34,617 bases of DNA from a virus (taxonomy: Duplodnaviria; Caudoviricetes), in the IMG/VR virus record IMGVR_UViG_3300025101_003920, positions 1 to 34,617 of that record. One strand, given 5' to 3'. The notes beneath the pieces were generated by a model. The model made no database searches and was not told where the DNA came from. It was given only the letters and a program-made list of their open reading frames with translations. This document shows positions 15,742 through 25,854 of the stretch, piece after piece (position 1 is the stretch's first letter; each line of letters begins with the position of its first letter). A program made the position numbers and the translations under genes.

Positions 15742-16176
15742 ATGGCAAGCTTTTCTCTTTCTAAATCCAGCTTAAACCTAACTCCTCCGTCTATTACTGG
15801 AGGACCTCGCAGTAATTATTCTACTGCTGGTAATGCGGTTAATACTGCAAGGATTTGGCAAGCCAATCGTCAGGGTTCACCTGACATGGCAGGAATAGTT
15901 GCTCAGAACTCTGCTTCTGAGACAAGTGTATTTAATGCAATCAAAGATGCAGAAGCGTCTGCAATGATGGGTGGATTAGCTGGCTGGTCAAAAGCTTTTA
16001 TGGCCAACAAACAAGCCGAAGCTATGAAATCTGCTGCTAAAAAGAGTGCTAGAAAATCCATGTTTAGTTCAGCCTTAGGTGCTATTGGCACTATTGGCGG
16101 CGCAGCGATTGGAGGACCTATGGGCGCAATGATTGGTGGCGGTATAGGCAGTTCTGTTGGAGGACTTATTGGTTAA
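15742..16176 (+). CDS. glycine-zipper putative ejection protein
   Basis: 144 aa; LGAIGTIGGAAIGGPMGAMIGGGIGSSVGGLIG. Confidence 0.75.
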   Translation: MASFSLSKSSLNLTPPSITGGPRSNYSTAGNAVNTARIWQANRQGSPDMAGIVAQNSASETSVFNAIKDAEASAMMGGLAGWSKAFMANKQAEAMKSAAKKSARKSMFSSALGAIGTIGGAAIGGPMGAMIGGGIGSSVGGLIG

Positions 16177-16181
16177 ACATC

Positions 16182-16700
16182 ATGGTTATTGGACACACTA
16201 AAGAAAGCCTAGAAGCACTAGCCAGAAGGATTGGCGCTACTAACGTTGATGACGTTCTGCGATTCTTAGGCGGTGCGGACTTTGCTGAAAATGCTCAAAC
16301 AAAAATAAGAGATCAACTTATTTTTGGCGGTAAGCCTGCAGTAAAGGGAGCAAAGTCTGGAATAGTAAGAGTAGGGCCTGTGGCACGTTTTGCGGGCGGA
16401 ACAGCTGCCAAAAACATTCTGCGTGCCGTACCCGGATTGAGTACAGCCTTAGTTGGTCTTGACGTAGCCGATATTGTTGCTGGACCTGACAGCCTTGGGA
16501 ACAAGGGTATGGATGCTGTTGCTATGGGTATAGGAGGAACGTTAGGTGCAGCTGGCGGTCCACTTGGTATCGCAGCTGGTGCAGGTCTAGGAAAGATGGC
16601 AAGTGATGCCACACAGTTTTTATTTGGCGGCGGTAAGTCTGCCGAACAACGTAAACTAGAAGAAGCAATTAAGTTATTACAACAGCGAGGATTAGTCTGA
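16182..16700 (+). CDS. glycine-zipper protein
   Basis: 172 aa; GIGGTLGAAGGPLGIAAGAGLG. Confidence 0.75.
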   Translation: MVIGHTKESLEALARRIGATNVDDVLRFLGGADFAENAQTKIRDQLIFGGKPAVKGAKSGIVRVGPVARFAGGTAAKNILRAVPGLSTALVGLDVADIVAGPDSLGNKGMDAVAMGIGGTLGAAGGPLGIAAGAGLGKMASDATQFLFGGGKSAEQRKLEEAIKLLQQRGLV

Positions 16701-17503
16701 TGGGAATACGTTTAATTCCAATCGCAGGATACGGTCTCGCGAGCCTAGGCGCTGGAACGTTAGCCACTGGTCTAGGCAGTACACTTGTTTCCGCAATTAA
16801 ACCTTTAAGCGAAGCGTTTGGTCAAACTGAACGGCAGCAAGGAGAGAACGAAGACTTTGATAGAACTGCTGATCCAGGACGACGAATTAAAAGAGATTTT
16901 GGTGAAAAGTTTTTTGATGCTTTTACCGGAAGAGATCAATCTCAAATGGAGAAATTTGGACTTGATCAAAGCAATAAAAAAATAAATACAGCTATTACTA
17001 ATGATGGGTATGATTTACAAGGTATTACATCCGCATTAGGGACTTTAGAACTTAATAAAAAATTGATCCCAAAACTTAATGATAATCAATCGCAGGAATC
17101 ATACAAGCTTGAGGTTGAAAGAGCCCAAAAAGCAATTAACGCTGCACAAGAAGCACAAGCATTGTACCCAGGAGTTGATATCAAAGGCAAAGATTTAAGT
17201 GGAATTAATCTTGCAGTATCACAGGAACGAAAAAAAGAAGAGAAAGCTTTGCAGCTAAAGAATGACAATAGATATGGAGATACTAGAAAAGATAAATCAG
17301 ATGCAATGATACTTGCATTGTTGCAAAATCAATCTTCTAATAAAAGAATTGATAATCAAATGCAGCTTCAGATGATGCAGCAAGATTATAATAATCGTCG
17401 CTTAGATTTACAAGAAGCTCGTGATTTTCGCAGAGAACGGCAAGCCGCTATTATGCAAATTATGAAAGGATTTAGTGAAATGGGTAAAGCCTTCGCCTAT
17501 TAA
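16700..17503 (+). CDS. hypothetical coiled-coil protein with hydrophobic N-terminus
   Basis: 267 aa; TGATG coupling. Confidence 0.75.
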   Translation: MGIRLIPIAGYGLASLGAGTLATGLGSTLVSAIKPLSEAFGQTERQQGENEDFDRTADPGRRIKRDFGEKFFDAFTGRDQSQMEKFGLDQSNKKINTAITNDGYDLQGITSALGTLELNKKLIPKLNDNQSQESYKLEVERAQKAINAAQEAQALYPGVDIKGKDLSGINLAVSQERKKEEKALQLKNDNRYGDTRKDKSDAMILALLQNQSSNKRIDNQMQLQMMQQDYNNRRLDLQEARDFRRERQAAIMQIMKGFSEMGKAFAY

Positions 17504-17506
17504 GGC

Positions 17507-18463
17507 TTATAGCTCACCTTTTGCCTTGAGGTCACGATATACAGTCCAGGCGGGGAAGCCTTGCCTTTGAAATATTTTAAATGCGGCATCCATATTAGTT
17601 TGAGGATCTTTAAGTTGCTCATTCGATTGGATGCCAAATAGCTTTCTACGTTCAGGTCCCATGTCACCTAACATATTAATTTGCATTAAACCATAGGAAT
17701 TGTCTCCCATAGATGCATCATCATTGTGAGCTTTAGGGTTAAAGGTGCTTTCACCTCTAGCAATTTTTACAACAATGTCAGACTCACTATCTGTGAATCC
17801 TGAATTCTTAGCCAGTGATTTAACCTGCTCAGGCGATAACACTCCAGAACCTTGTATTTCAACTGGCATGCTGGTAGAAGATGAGGAGATATTTTGTAAA
17901 GTTCCAGAATTATTAGTTTGGTCAGAAGGGGTAGTGGACGAATTAATGATAGGAGTACCATCATCACTAAATTTAACGCCACTTCCTTTTAAAATCTGTT
18001 TAATGAATGCTGCTTGCTGCGCACGAGATTCTTTTCCTTGTTGTAGTATTTCCTCTTGGTTTTTTTGCATTTTTGTTCGATAGTCTTTTAAAGCGGCATT
18101 TTCCTTTTGAGCCTGCTTAGCCTCATCCATAATATATGCACCAGCAGCTACACTGCCAGCCATTCGGTTCACACCTTCCATGCGCACAGCAGGACGTAAA
18201 ATATCTTTAATAGCTTTATCCCTTTTAGTCTTAATATCTTCGGTCTTAGCCTCAACAACGCCCTTAGTAGCTGTACTAGCCATTAATGCATTACGACGAG
18301 CTGCAGCAACTTTTTTCAAAGCTTCATTTGCATTGGCTTGTTTAATAACCGTATCGACTTGAAAACCAGTCTGCTGTGCAGTGTTATAGATTTCTGTAGC
18401 AGCATCTGTAACTGACTTAGCGCCGGTCAGGAAACTTCCACTCTGTACCGAATTAAACTGCAT
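17507..18463 (-). CDS. lytic transglycosylase (SLT/lysozyme-like) domain protein
   Basis: C-terminal IARGESTFNPKA...SYGLMQIN...DPQTNMDAA...AWTVY with the catalytic Glu. Confidence 0.85.
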   Translation of the reverse strand: MQFNSVQSGSFLTGAKSVTDAATEIYNTAQQTGFQVDTVIKQANANEALKKVAAARRNALMASTATKGVVEAKTEDIKTKRDKAIKDILRPAVRMEGVNRMAGSVAAGAYIMDEAKQAQKENAALKDYRTKMQKNQEEILQQGKESRAQQAAFIKQILKGSGVKFSDDGTPIINSSTTPSDQTNNSGTLQNISSSSTSMPVEIQGSGVLSPEQVKSLAKNSGFTDSESDIVVKIARGESTFNPKAHNDDASMGDNSYGLMQINMLGDMGPERRKLFGIQSNEQLKDPQTNMDAAFKIFQRQGFPAWTVYRDLKAKGEL

Positions 18464-18535
18464 AACACTTCTACGCTTTATACATACATTGTACTTAGAT
18501 AGAATGAATATAGTCTTGTAAAATTAATCTGAATC

Positions 18536-19231
18536 ATGAGGACAGCAGATTTTAGAGATATCAATAAGAATGGTATTGATGACAGAGATGAAGGTAGTGA
18601 GTCGCAAGAAGGGGCAGCTACTAAACCAGAGGGCAGCTCTTCTAATACAGAAGACAACTCTTCTAATCCGCAACAAGATGTGCAAAAAACATATGAAGGG
18701 ATGAATACGTTTCAGCAGATGATGGAGAAATTTATGGGTACAGCTCAGAGTCCAGATGACAATTTAGGACGAGATATTAAATATGGCTTGATGGGAGATT
18801 TTATCGGTAAAGGGTTTGATAATGAGTTGACCAAAGGTATGGCTGAATTTCAGTCAGGCCTATATAAAGACAACGCTAAATTTGGTGCCGACCTAGAACT
18901 ACGAAACCAGCGTGATGCACGTGCTGACGAATTTGGTTACGGCATGAGAGCTATGGATAAGCAGTTTGAACTGCAGGATGAATTCCAAAATCGAGAATTC
19001 GGTAGAAACACTGGCTTATTGCAATCTAGTGGGGAGCAGACTCGTAAGAACTACAGATCACAGGGTGTAGAAGATCGACTCTCCAGAATTACGCAGGGTG
19101 AGCAGGATCGCCTGAATACCGCTGCAGTGGGTGACCAGGCACGTAAGAACTATGACTTCGAAGATAAAATAAATGCTCGTACTGAAAACCGAGCACAGGG
19201 CCGCTCTAACAGGCTTGCAAGAGGCTTCTGA
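18536..19231 (+). CDS. hypothetical protein with N-terminal Dx[DN]xNG Ca-binding-like motif
   Basis: 231 aa; DINKNGIDDRDE; TAGAAT at 18500. Confidence 0.7.
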   Translation: MRTADFRDINKNGIDDRDEGSESQEGAATKPEGSSSNTEDNSSNPQQDVQKTYEGMNTFQQMMEKFMGTAQSPDDNLGRDIKYGLMGDFIGKGFDNELTKGMAEFQSGLYKDNAKFGADLELRNQRDARADEFGYGMRAMDKQFELQDEFQNREFGRNTGLLQSSGEQTRKNYRSQGVEDRLSRITQGEQDRLNTAAVGDQARKNYDFEDKINARTENRAQGRSNRLARGF

Positions 19232-19764
19232 TGACCGTTGCACAATCCAAGACAGGGAAGGTATACGTCACTTATGTGGATCAGTGGCTTGATACCTTAC
19301 CTGCCGCTGAGTCAGAAGACTTTAGAGAATTTGCTGAGATAACTCCATCGGTTATTGAAATTTGGGTATATGCAGGAATCTTGAAATATCCCGGCACATT
19401 TAACGATATGGCCCGATGGGTCAAAATGAAATTTAAAAAATTAAATCGCCGTGAGATACTTAATAGCGAAATTGCTGCTCTTCATTCCGATATACAAGAC
19501 TTACGTATGGCCATTACCTCGGGAGAAATCAAAGGCTCGGATGGTGCGGCTCGTCTGGCTTCGTTGGAGAAGGAACTTCGTTCGCATATTGAAACGTCTG
19601 ACCGGATGAATAAAACCACGGACAAGCGTGGATTAATCCTGGCTGGTGCTGATCGAGTAATGCGTGAACTTACAGCCATTTTTAAAGATGATCCACATTT
19701 TGCAGAACCTATGGATAATGCAATGAATGCTGTTTGGGCTAAGATTTATAGCGAGCTGAACTGA
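19231..19764 (+). CDS. probable terminase small subunit
   Basis: 177 aa, helical, two genes upstream of TerL; call is mainly positional. Confidence 0.45.
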   Translation: MTVAQSKTGKVYVTYVDQWLDTLPAAESEDFREFAEITPSVIEIWVYAGILKYPGTFNDMARWVKMKFKKLNRREILNSEIAALHSDIQDLRMAITSGEIKGSDGAARLASLEKELRSHIETSDRMNKTTDKRGLILAGADRVMRELTAIFKDDPHFAEPMDNAMNAVWAKIYSELN

Positions 19765-20042
19765 TGTCAATCAATCGACCTGAACTAAAAGAACTGCCGT
19801 CAATAGTAGATGCAGGTTCATCAGGCATACGATTAGCAAATACCCTTCCCAAGGCTTTACCTCCAATTGATCAAGCTGGGTCTGGCACTTCAGCAAGACA
19901 AATGGCTGATGCAGAATTAAAGCGAGACATGGCCATAGCATTTGCAGAAACTAAAGCAATGGCAGCACGTAGTAAAGCAATTCAACGAATTAGAGATCAA
20001 CAATATGAACGTAGAGCTAGAGACTACGGTTTAAAACGTTAA
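19764..20042 (+). CDS. hypothetical protein
   Basis: 92 aa; TGATG coupling. Confidence 0.7.
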   Translation: MSINRPELKELPSIVDAGSSGIRLANTLPKALPPIDQAGSGTSARQMADAELKRDMAIAFAETKAMAARSKAIQRIRDQQYERRARDYGLKR

Positions 20043-20081
20043 AACAGAATATTAGTTAAACTTGGGGTAAAGGTTTAACTT

Positions 20082-21620
20082 ATGGCAATACCTAGCGCTG
20101 CATTAGCTTATAGACGATCAGCTTTGATGACAGCGACAAAGGTAACTGTTAAAGCACCTAGCGAGGAGGTTTTAGAAGCAAGAGATAACTTTCAAGCGTT
20201 TTGTAAGTTTATGGGTAAGGCTCCAGCAAAGCATATGTTGGAGTGGCATGCAGAATTATGTACAGGGGAAGATAGCGAATGTCTACTAGGAATTGCAGGA
20301 CCAAATACTTCGATCCTCGCACCCCGTGGATCTGCCAAAAGCACTGTCCTTGGTTTGTTTGCAGCTTGGATGATAGGCCGACATGCCGCTGCCAAGAAAA
20401 TGCTGCGAATCTTGTACATTGCTTACATGGTCGATATTAGTCGTGCGAAGTCAGCAACCATTAAAGGCATTCTCAGCTCCCCAAAATACAGAGAAGTCTT
20501 TCCTATGGTGAGACTATCAAAGATAAAACGATCAGATGAATATTGGAGTATTGACTATGAATTTGCTGGAATTGATACAGCGGGTGAAGAAGCTTTTACA
20601 ATTGCGTGTGGCGGTCTCAAAGGTGCAATCACCTCTAAACGATCGCAGCTGGTGCTTATTGATGACCCTATCAAATCTGCCGCTTCAATCAACAACCCAG
20701 ACATTCGCCGTGAGATGGAACAGACTTGGTCTAACGTTATCGCACCAACGATGTTTCAAGGTGCACGGGCTATCTGTTTGGGAACCCGCTTCCACTTTAA
20801 CGATATACACGCAACACTATTTGTCCCTAAAAACAATTGGAAGCAGATCGTTCAGCAAGCGGTCTTAACAGACGACGAGGGCAAACAGCGTTCATACTGG
20901 CCAGAGTTTTGGTCTATGAAATATCTGAATGACCGGAAGCTTGAAGATAGAGTTGCCTTTGCATACCAGTATCTCAATGCAGCAGTCAGATCAACTGAAG
21001 TTGGAATTTCACCTGAGTTGATTATCAAAGGTGAGGTTCCAGAAGACTATGACTGTTTAGGCGTAGGTATTGATCTTAGTGCAGGGCTTCGTGAAAAGAA
21101 CGACTGGACTGTAATGACGTTAGGTGGAATTAAAGAAGGCAAAATTTACATGATCGATCAGCGTCGTGCCCGCACCATGGGCAATCTTGAAAAGATGGAC
21201 CTCCTCTGTGAGATGCTCGCAGACTGGAATATCCTTGCTGAAAACGATGAAGGTCAATTCTTTCCAACAATGTCGCCGTGCGTAATATGGCCTGAAGCTG
21301 TTGCTTATCAGAACTCATTTGAAGGTGATTTCAAAAGGGTAGTAATTGAACAACGTGCTTTATACAATTTGTCCGTATCTCCAGTAAAAGGTTTTAAAGG
21401 AGACAAATTAGCCAGATTACGAGGCGTTCTAGGATTATATGAAAATAAACGAGTTGTTTGGAATAAGTGGAGAAAGTGGAATGTCTTAGAAGATGAGCTA
21501 CTTAACTTTGGTCATTCTCCGCATGATGATGCTGTTGATTCAATGGTATTAACTATGGGTGGCCTATTAAGAAGAGGGAACCTACAGATTGATTACAACA
21601 GCGATAGTTTTGATTTATAG
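20082..21620 (+). CDS. terL: terminase large subunit
   Basis: Walker A APRGSAKST, Walker B LVLIDD, GTRFH coupling motif, nuclease motifs GIDL and HDDAVD. Confidence 0.93.
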   Translation: MAIPSAALAYRRSALMTATKVTVKAPSEEVLEARDNFQAFCKFMGKAPAKHMLEWHAELCTGEDSECLLGIAGPNTSILAPRGSAKSTVLGLFAAWMIGRHAAAKKMLRILYIAYMVDISRAKSATIKGILSSPKYREVFPMVRLSKIKRSDEYWSIDYEFAGIDTAGEEAFTIACGGLKGAITSKRSQLVLIDDPIKSAASINNPDIRREMEQTWSNVIAPTMFQGARAICLGTRFHFNDIHATLFVPKNNWKQIVQQAVLTDDEGKQRSYWPEFWSMKYLNDRKLEDRVAFAYQYLNAAVRSTEVGISPELIIKGEVPEDYDCLGVGIDLSAGLREKNDWTVMTLGGIKEGKIYMIDQRRARTMGNLEKMDLLCEMLADWNILAENDEGQFFPTMSPCVIWPEAVAYQNSFEGDFKRVVIEQRALYNLSVSPVKGFKGDKLARLRGVLGLYENKRVVWNKWRKWNVLEDELLNFGHSPHDDAVDSMVLTMGGLLRRGNLQIDYNSDSFDL

Positions 21621-21707
21621 ATAACTGATGATAGAGGTAAGTATTAGCGGAAACTAAATATATCTGACTTTTGTACAATAAAGAGAGCTTTGATAGATAA
21701 ATAGCCG

Positions 21708-22661
21708 ATGTCTAAAAAACGGATGGCAGGGGAAGGTAACGTAGCCTCTTTTGTTGATTATTTAAATAACTACGATCGTACAGCTCGCGGTGCTGGTTCT
21801 AGTAAAGACACTGATCGTTTTAGTGCTTTAGATATTCGTCACGTTCATGACGCAGCCAAAGATTTTGGTCTAGATAAATATGAAGCGGCTGATCAAGTCA
21901 TTCAATATGCACGTCGTAATGAAGACAACACCAAAATGGGCAGCAAAGCCGAAAATAGATTAGATAAATTAAGAGCAATGATGAAAAACCGCCCAGATGA
22001 AGAACAATCGGGCGATCCTGATAACAACAATACTCCTACTCCAGTAGAAACAACAACGCCAGCACAAGGCGGTCAGCAGACCGGCAACACAAGCAGTGGT
22101 GATAGCTCTATCAGTTCTCCTATTAATCAGGACAATGATATTTCTATTGACGGAAATAGTAATCAAGTAAGCCAGGACAATTCTATAAATCAATCTATTG
22201 ATAGTAGAGATCAGTCAGATAATCGTCGCTACTACGGTGGAAGCAGCCGTACCTTTAATTACAGTGGTGGTGATGGCGAGAACAACTTGTATGACAGCCC
22301 TGTAAGTAAAGCAACTATGGGTGGCTTCTATGACACGGATGACAGCCCCGCAGCTGCAGCCAAGTTTATGGATATGTACATTGATTCAAATATGCTTGGT
22401 CAGAAAGATATGCGCAAGTCCTATGACAAGCGCAAGATCGATGATTATGGGCCTAATAATGCTCAAAGATTGACTGAATTAGAAAACAGCATGAATACGT
22501 CAATCGGTGATTCACGTAAGCGTGCCGAACAACGTAATCAAACATTGTTTGGCAATAACCCATTCGGTGGCAATTTCGAATTACCTGAAATTCCCCCTCC
22601 GACCGTAGATCGAACTAAAGAGATTTATGATCAAGCCATGGAAGATATTAAAGCTATCTAA
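21708..22661 (+). CDS. hypothetical protein, N/S/D-rich
   Basis: 317 aa; motif shared with 726-1373. Confidence 0.75.
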   Translation: MSKKRMAGEGNVASFVDYLNNYDRTARGAGSSKDTDRFSALDIRHVHDAAKDFGLDKYEAADQVIQYARRNEDNTKMGSKAENRLDKLRAMMKNRPDEEQSGDPDNNNTPTPVETTTPAQGGQQTGNTSSGDSSISSPINQDNDISIDGNSNQVSQDNSINQSIDSRDQSDNRRYYGGSSRTFNYSGGDGENNLYDSPVSKATMGGFYDTDDSPAAAAKFMDMYIDSNMLGQKDMRKSYDKRKIDDYGPNNAQRLTELENSMNTSIGDSRKRAEQRNQTLFGNNPFGGNFELPEIPPPTVDRTKEIYDQAMEDIKAI

Positions 22662-22687
22662 ACTAGTAATAACTAAAGGGCAATAAT

Positions 22688-24946
22688 ATGGCGAAAATGG
22701 CCGTTAAAGGTGAATTCCAACAAATCCTCTTAGCTGCCAAAGAGCGGCGAGGGGATTTGTCAGTAGACACGATGATTGTGTCTTCTCACCTTGCTCAAAT
22801 GCGAACATTCATGCTTCGAAGAGGAATTGAATTCTTCTCAGAGCAAGATTCTTATGGCAAGCGCAGAGACTTTCTAGCACGTGTTGTTGAAGAGAACATG
22901 CTAGAAATGAAATATGACAGTATTGTCGATTATTTCTTGTGTGATGGTCAAGGTCTGTTTTATTTCAGACCATCTGGTGAAAGTTATCAGATTTTATACT
23001 TTCCACAAGACAGCTATAGGGCATACCGAAATCAGACTGGTGAACTTGAGTCAGTAGTTCTGGTTTATTCCTTTAACGTTCAACAGAGCTATGGATTAGC
23101 CGATAACTACCCTTCTGCCAATGGGAAGCCCGGTAAAAAGAAGTGGATTCAGCTAAAAGTTTATAAGGATCGTATTGAACAAACTATCTCTGACGAGAAG
23201 ATAGAGTTTGCTAACGAAATGGGTGCCATGCCTATGGGCAACCCAGGTCAAACTGAAGTTTTGACTAATAGTCTGGGCTTTATCCCTGCGGTTGAAGTAT
23301 TCAACCACATGGATTGCACTGGAGAGGCTACAGGTAACGGTGAATTCGATTGGTTGGCACACCAGATCTTGTATCACGATGAATTGGTGAGAAATATCCG
23401 TAAGAACATGAAGTTCTTCGGTAACCCGACGCTTATTTCCAGTAGGCCTAAGCATGACATCGTTGATAGTGGCGATGAAAATTCATTTAGACCTACGATT
23501 AGCTCTCAAGCTGGTTTTGCACCGATTGGTGCATCATCTCGGTCAAGCACTCGTGTAAGTCAACCGTTTGGTGGTGCTTCTCTCGACGGACAAATCAAAG
23601 TCCCACGTGTAATTGCAAATCTTGAGCCAACAGACCGCGTTGGGTATATGACTCCCGACAGCGTGTCTGGTGACCAGAACTTATATGTCAAGCAGTACAG
23701 ATCTGAGATCCGCTTGGCATTAGGTGGTGTTGATGACATCGATATCAATACAGCTGCCACTGCGTATGAAATCAAAACGCTTTATGGGCGTGTTGCTGCA
23801 ACAGCAGAGAAAAAAACAAGAGCATTATTTACATATGGTCTCTGCCGGCTGTTTGCAATGATGATTTATGCAGAAGAGCGTAACTTTAGAGAATCATTTG
23901 CCGTAACAATTGGGCTTGAAGAGCCGATACTACCTCTCCCTGAAGAATATCAGGATGAGGAAATGTACAAAAAAGCTGCTGAAAAATATAAGAAGGACTA
24001 CCGTAAATTCGTCGAGAATCGTGATAATGAGATGCGTGCTAGACTAGATTCAGGTGAGATACCTCCTGGTGTCACTGGCCTCATCCCTGATGGCTCAACA
24101 AAAGTCAGCTGGCGATGGATGGGCGAAGTTTTTGAAGAAAGTACTGAAGACATTCTGAATAACAGTATTGTCGTCCGTAACCTTCAAGAATTAGGAGTTG
24201 ATTCTATTGAAGCTCTTAAATATCTCTTCCCCGGAAAAACTGACGAAGAAAGGGCCGCAATGCTAAGCGGATTTCCGTTCAGGATGGTCCAGCAAACCCA
24301 AAGCAGTATTAACAGCTTTATTAGTCTTCTCGGTAGTTTCTATCAATTACCGCATCCACAAATGCCAGATATGCCTCTGGCTTCTGACCCGAACCTTGAT
24401 ATGACAGGGTTCTTATATCGATCTTTAGAATTTTTACGTAAGGAGTTAAGTTACAGTGGAAGTTACAAGCCAGGCGACAGCAACAGCTCCCCAGATGAGC
24501 TCAGCAGCGCCGACCAATTACGTGCCGAGCGCGGTCAGCCAATACGCGACGAGCGCACCCCAAACCTCCCAGGTATCACCGGCCCAATCGGTGGCACCGC
24601 AGGCACCGGTTTACCAGGCACCGGCCCAGGCCCCGCAGGCTTCGGCACCTCAGAGCAATCCATGGCAGCAGGCGTTTCAGGCCCTGAGCGCAAGCCTGAA
24701 TACGTCCAGCCCCTCCCAGGCCCAGGTTTCACCCTCGGCTTACCAAGTGACGCCAACCCCGCAGGCAACTACACAACCCAGTTGGGCTTCAATGGCGCAA
24801 TCGGTAGCCCCGACTTCGCAGCCCCAAGTTTCAACCCAGGCGTTTTCGGAAGCAGAGGTCAGTCAGCTGGTACAGCAGGCGGCTCAGCAAGGAGCAAGCC
24901 AGGCTCAAGATCAGTATCTAAGCGGAATCAGCAACGAAAGTCTTGA
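22688..24946 (+). CDS. portal protein with long low-complexity C-terminal tail
   Basis: 752 aa; lies between TerL and the capsid genes; FIPAVEVFN...GEFD and helical portal-like core. Confidence 0.75.
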   Translation: MAKMAVKGEFQQILLAAKERRGDLSVDTMIVSSHLAQMRTFMLRRGIEFFSEQDSYGKRRDFLARVVEENMLEMKYDSIVDYFLCDGQGLFYFRPSGESYQILYFPQDSYRAYRNQTGELESVVLVYSFNVQQSYGLADNYPSANGKPGKKKWIQLKVYKDRIEQTISDEKIEFANEMGAMPMGNPGQTEVLTNSLGFIPAVEVFNHMDCTGEATGNGEFDWLAHQILYHDELVRNIRKNMKFFGNPTLISSRPKHDIVDSGDENSFRPTISSQAGFAPIGASSRSSTRVSQPFGGASLDGQIKVPRVIANLEPTDRVGYMTPDSVSGDQNLYVKQYRSEIRLALGGVDDIDINTAATAYEIKTLYGRVAATAEKKTRALFTYGLCRLFAMMIYAEERNFRESFAVTIGLEEPILPLPEEYQDEEMYKKAAEKYKKDYRKFVENRDNEMRARLDSGEIPPGVTGLIPDGSTKVSWRWMGEVFEESTEDILNNSIVVRNLQELGVDSIEALKYLFPGKTDEERAAMLSGFPFRMVQQTQSSINSFISLLGSFYQLPHPQMPDMPLASDPNLDMTGFLYRSLEFLRKELSYSGSYKPGDSNSSPDELSSADQLRAERGQPIRDERTPNLPGITGPIGGTAGTGLPGTGPGPAGFGTSEQSMAAGVSGPERKPEYVQPLPGPGFTLGLPSDANPAGNYTTQLGFNGAIGSPDFAAPSFNPGVFGSRGQSAGTAGGSARSKPGSRSVSKRNQQRKS

Positions 24947-25442
24947 GGTTCTTGAGCACTTCGGCGCAGAAGCCCCCGCTCTCCTGAATACCTATGCCTG
25001 TGCTGTTGAGGATGCTCTTATTGAGCAGGTCCAGCGTGGCAACGATGTAGTCACCAGTCTTGAAGCTTCCTTAGAGCAAAACGGTGCCATGAACACCATG
25101 CTCACCAACCCTGATGTGCTTGCTGACTATGTCAACGAGTTCTTCGGTCCTAGTGGTCCTTACCCGACTGAGACTGCTGAAGAGACCAGCGTCCGTGAGC
25201 AAACTGAAGCCCGTGCTCAGTTCGAAGCTGAAATCCAAGCTCAAGAGCAGGGACAAGTTCCCCCGAACTTCCAGCGTCCTCAAATGGAGATGCCTACCCC
25301 TGGCCGCCAAGAGAACGTCGCTAACGATTTCTGGGGCTCCTTCAGTCAGATGATGGACAGCAATCCTGAGCAAGCTTGGCAGTACCTCTCCCAAGCTCCC
25401 CAAGGTGCTCTTCAGGCCAAAGCCCTTATTTCTGATATGTGA
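24456..25442 (+). CDS. probable capsid scaffolding protein
   Basis: GTG start with AAGGAG at 24440; Q/A/P-rich N-terminus and acidic helical C-terminus. Confidence 0.6.
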   Translation: MEVTSQATATAPQMSSAAPTNYVPSAVSQYATSAPQTSQVSPAQSVAPQAPVYQAPAQAPQASAPQSNPWQQAFQALSASLNTSSPSQAQVSPSAYQVTPTPQATTQPSWASMAQSVAPTSQPQVSTQAFSEAEVSQLVQQAAQQGASQAQDQYLSGISNESLEVLEHFGAEAPALLNTYACAVEDALIEQVQRGNDVVTSLEASLEQNGAMNTMLTNPDVLADYVNEFFGPSGPYPTETAEETSVREQTEARAQFEAEIQAQEQGQVPPNFQRPQMEMPTPGRQENVANDFWGSFSQMMDSNPEQAWQYLSQAPQGALQAKALISDM

Positions 25443-25816
25443 TGGGTTACAACTCTGGCGCTAGAGCAAGAGAACTAGGCATCGGCTCTTCGGGGTCGTT
25501 GCCTTCTAATCCTGATTTGGATTATGTGTTCCACGGCAAGATTACTCCTCAAATTCTTGAGAAGGTTCTAGGCCGTAAGCCTACGACAGAAGATATTGAA
25601 GCTGCTATTCAGCTTGCATCTAAACCTGAAAACAAGAATTTAGATATTTTTGTCAAAGAGCTGCTAGGTGTAGGGGGCGAATATGCACTTAAAAATAAAG
25701 CCCCTGATAACAATACTCAAAGAATGGCCGGTCAAGTGCTTGCTGGTTCTGGTGGACTCGCAGCATTGTTAGCAGCTATCGACTATGCAGATGGACCTGA
25801 ACAAGGTCGTATTTAA
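25439..25816 (+). CDS. hypothetical protein
   Basis: 125 aa; start coupled to the upstream stop. Confidence 0.7.
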   Translation: MMGYNSGARARELGIGSSGSLPSNPDLDYVFHGKITPQILEKVLGRKPTTEDIEAAIQLASKPENKNLDIFVKELLGVGGEYALKNKAPDNNTQRMAGQVLAGSGGLAALLAAIDYADGPEQGRI

Positions 25817-25854
25817 TTTGCATACAATATAAGTAACAACAAAAGCTCATAAAG

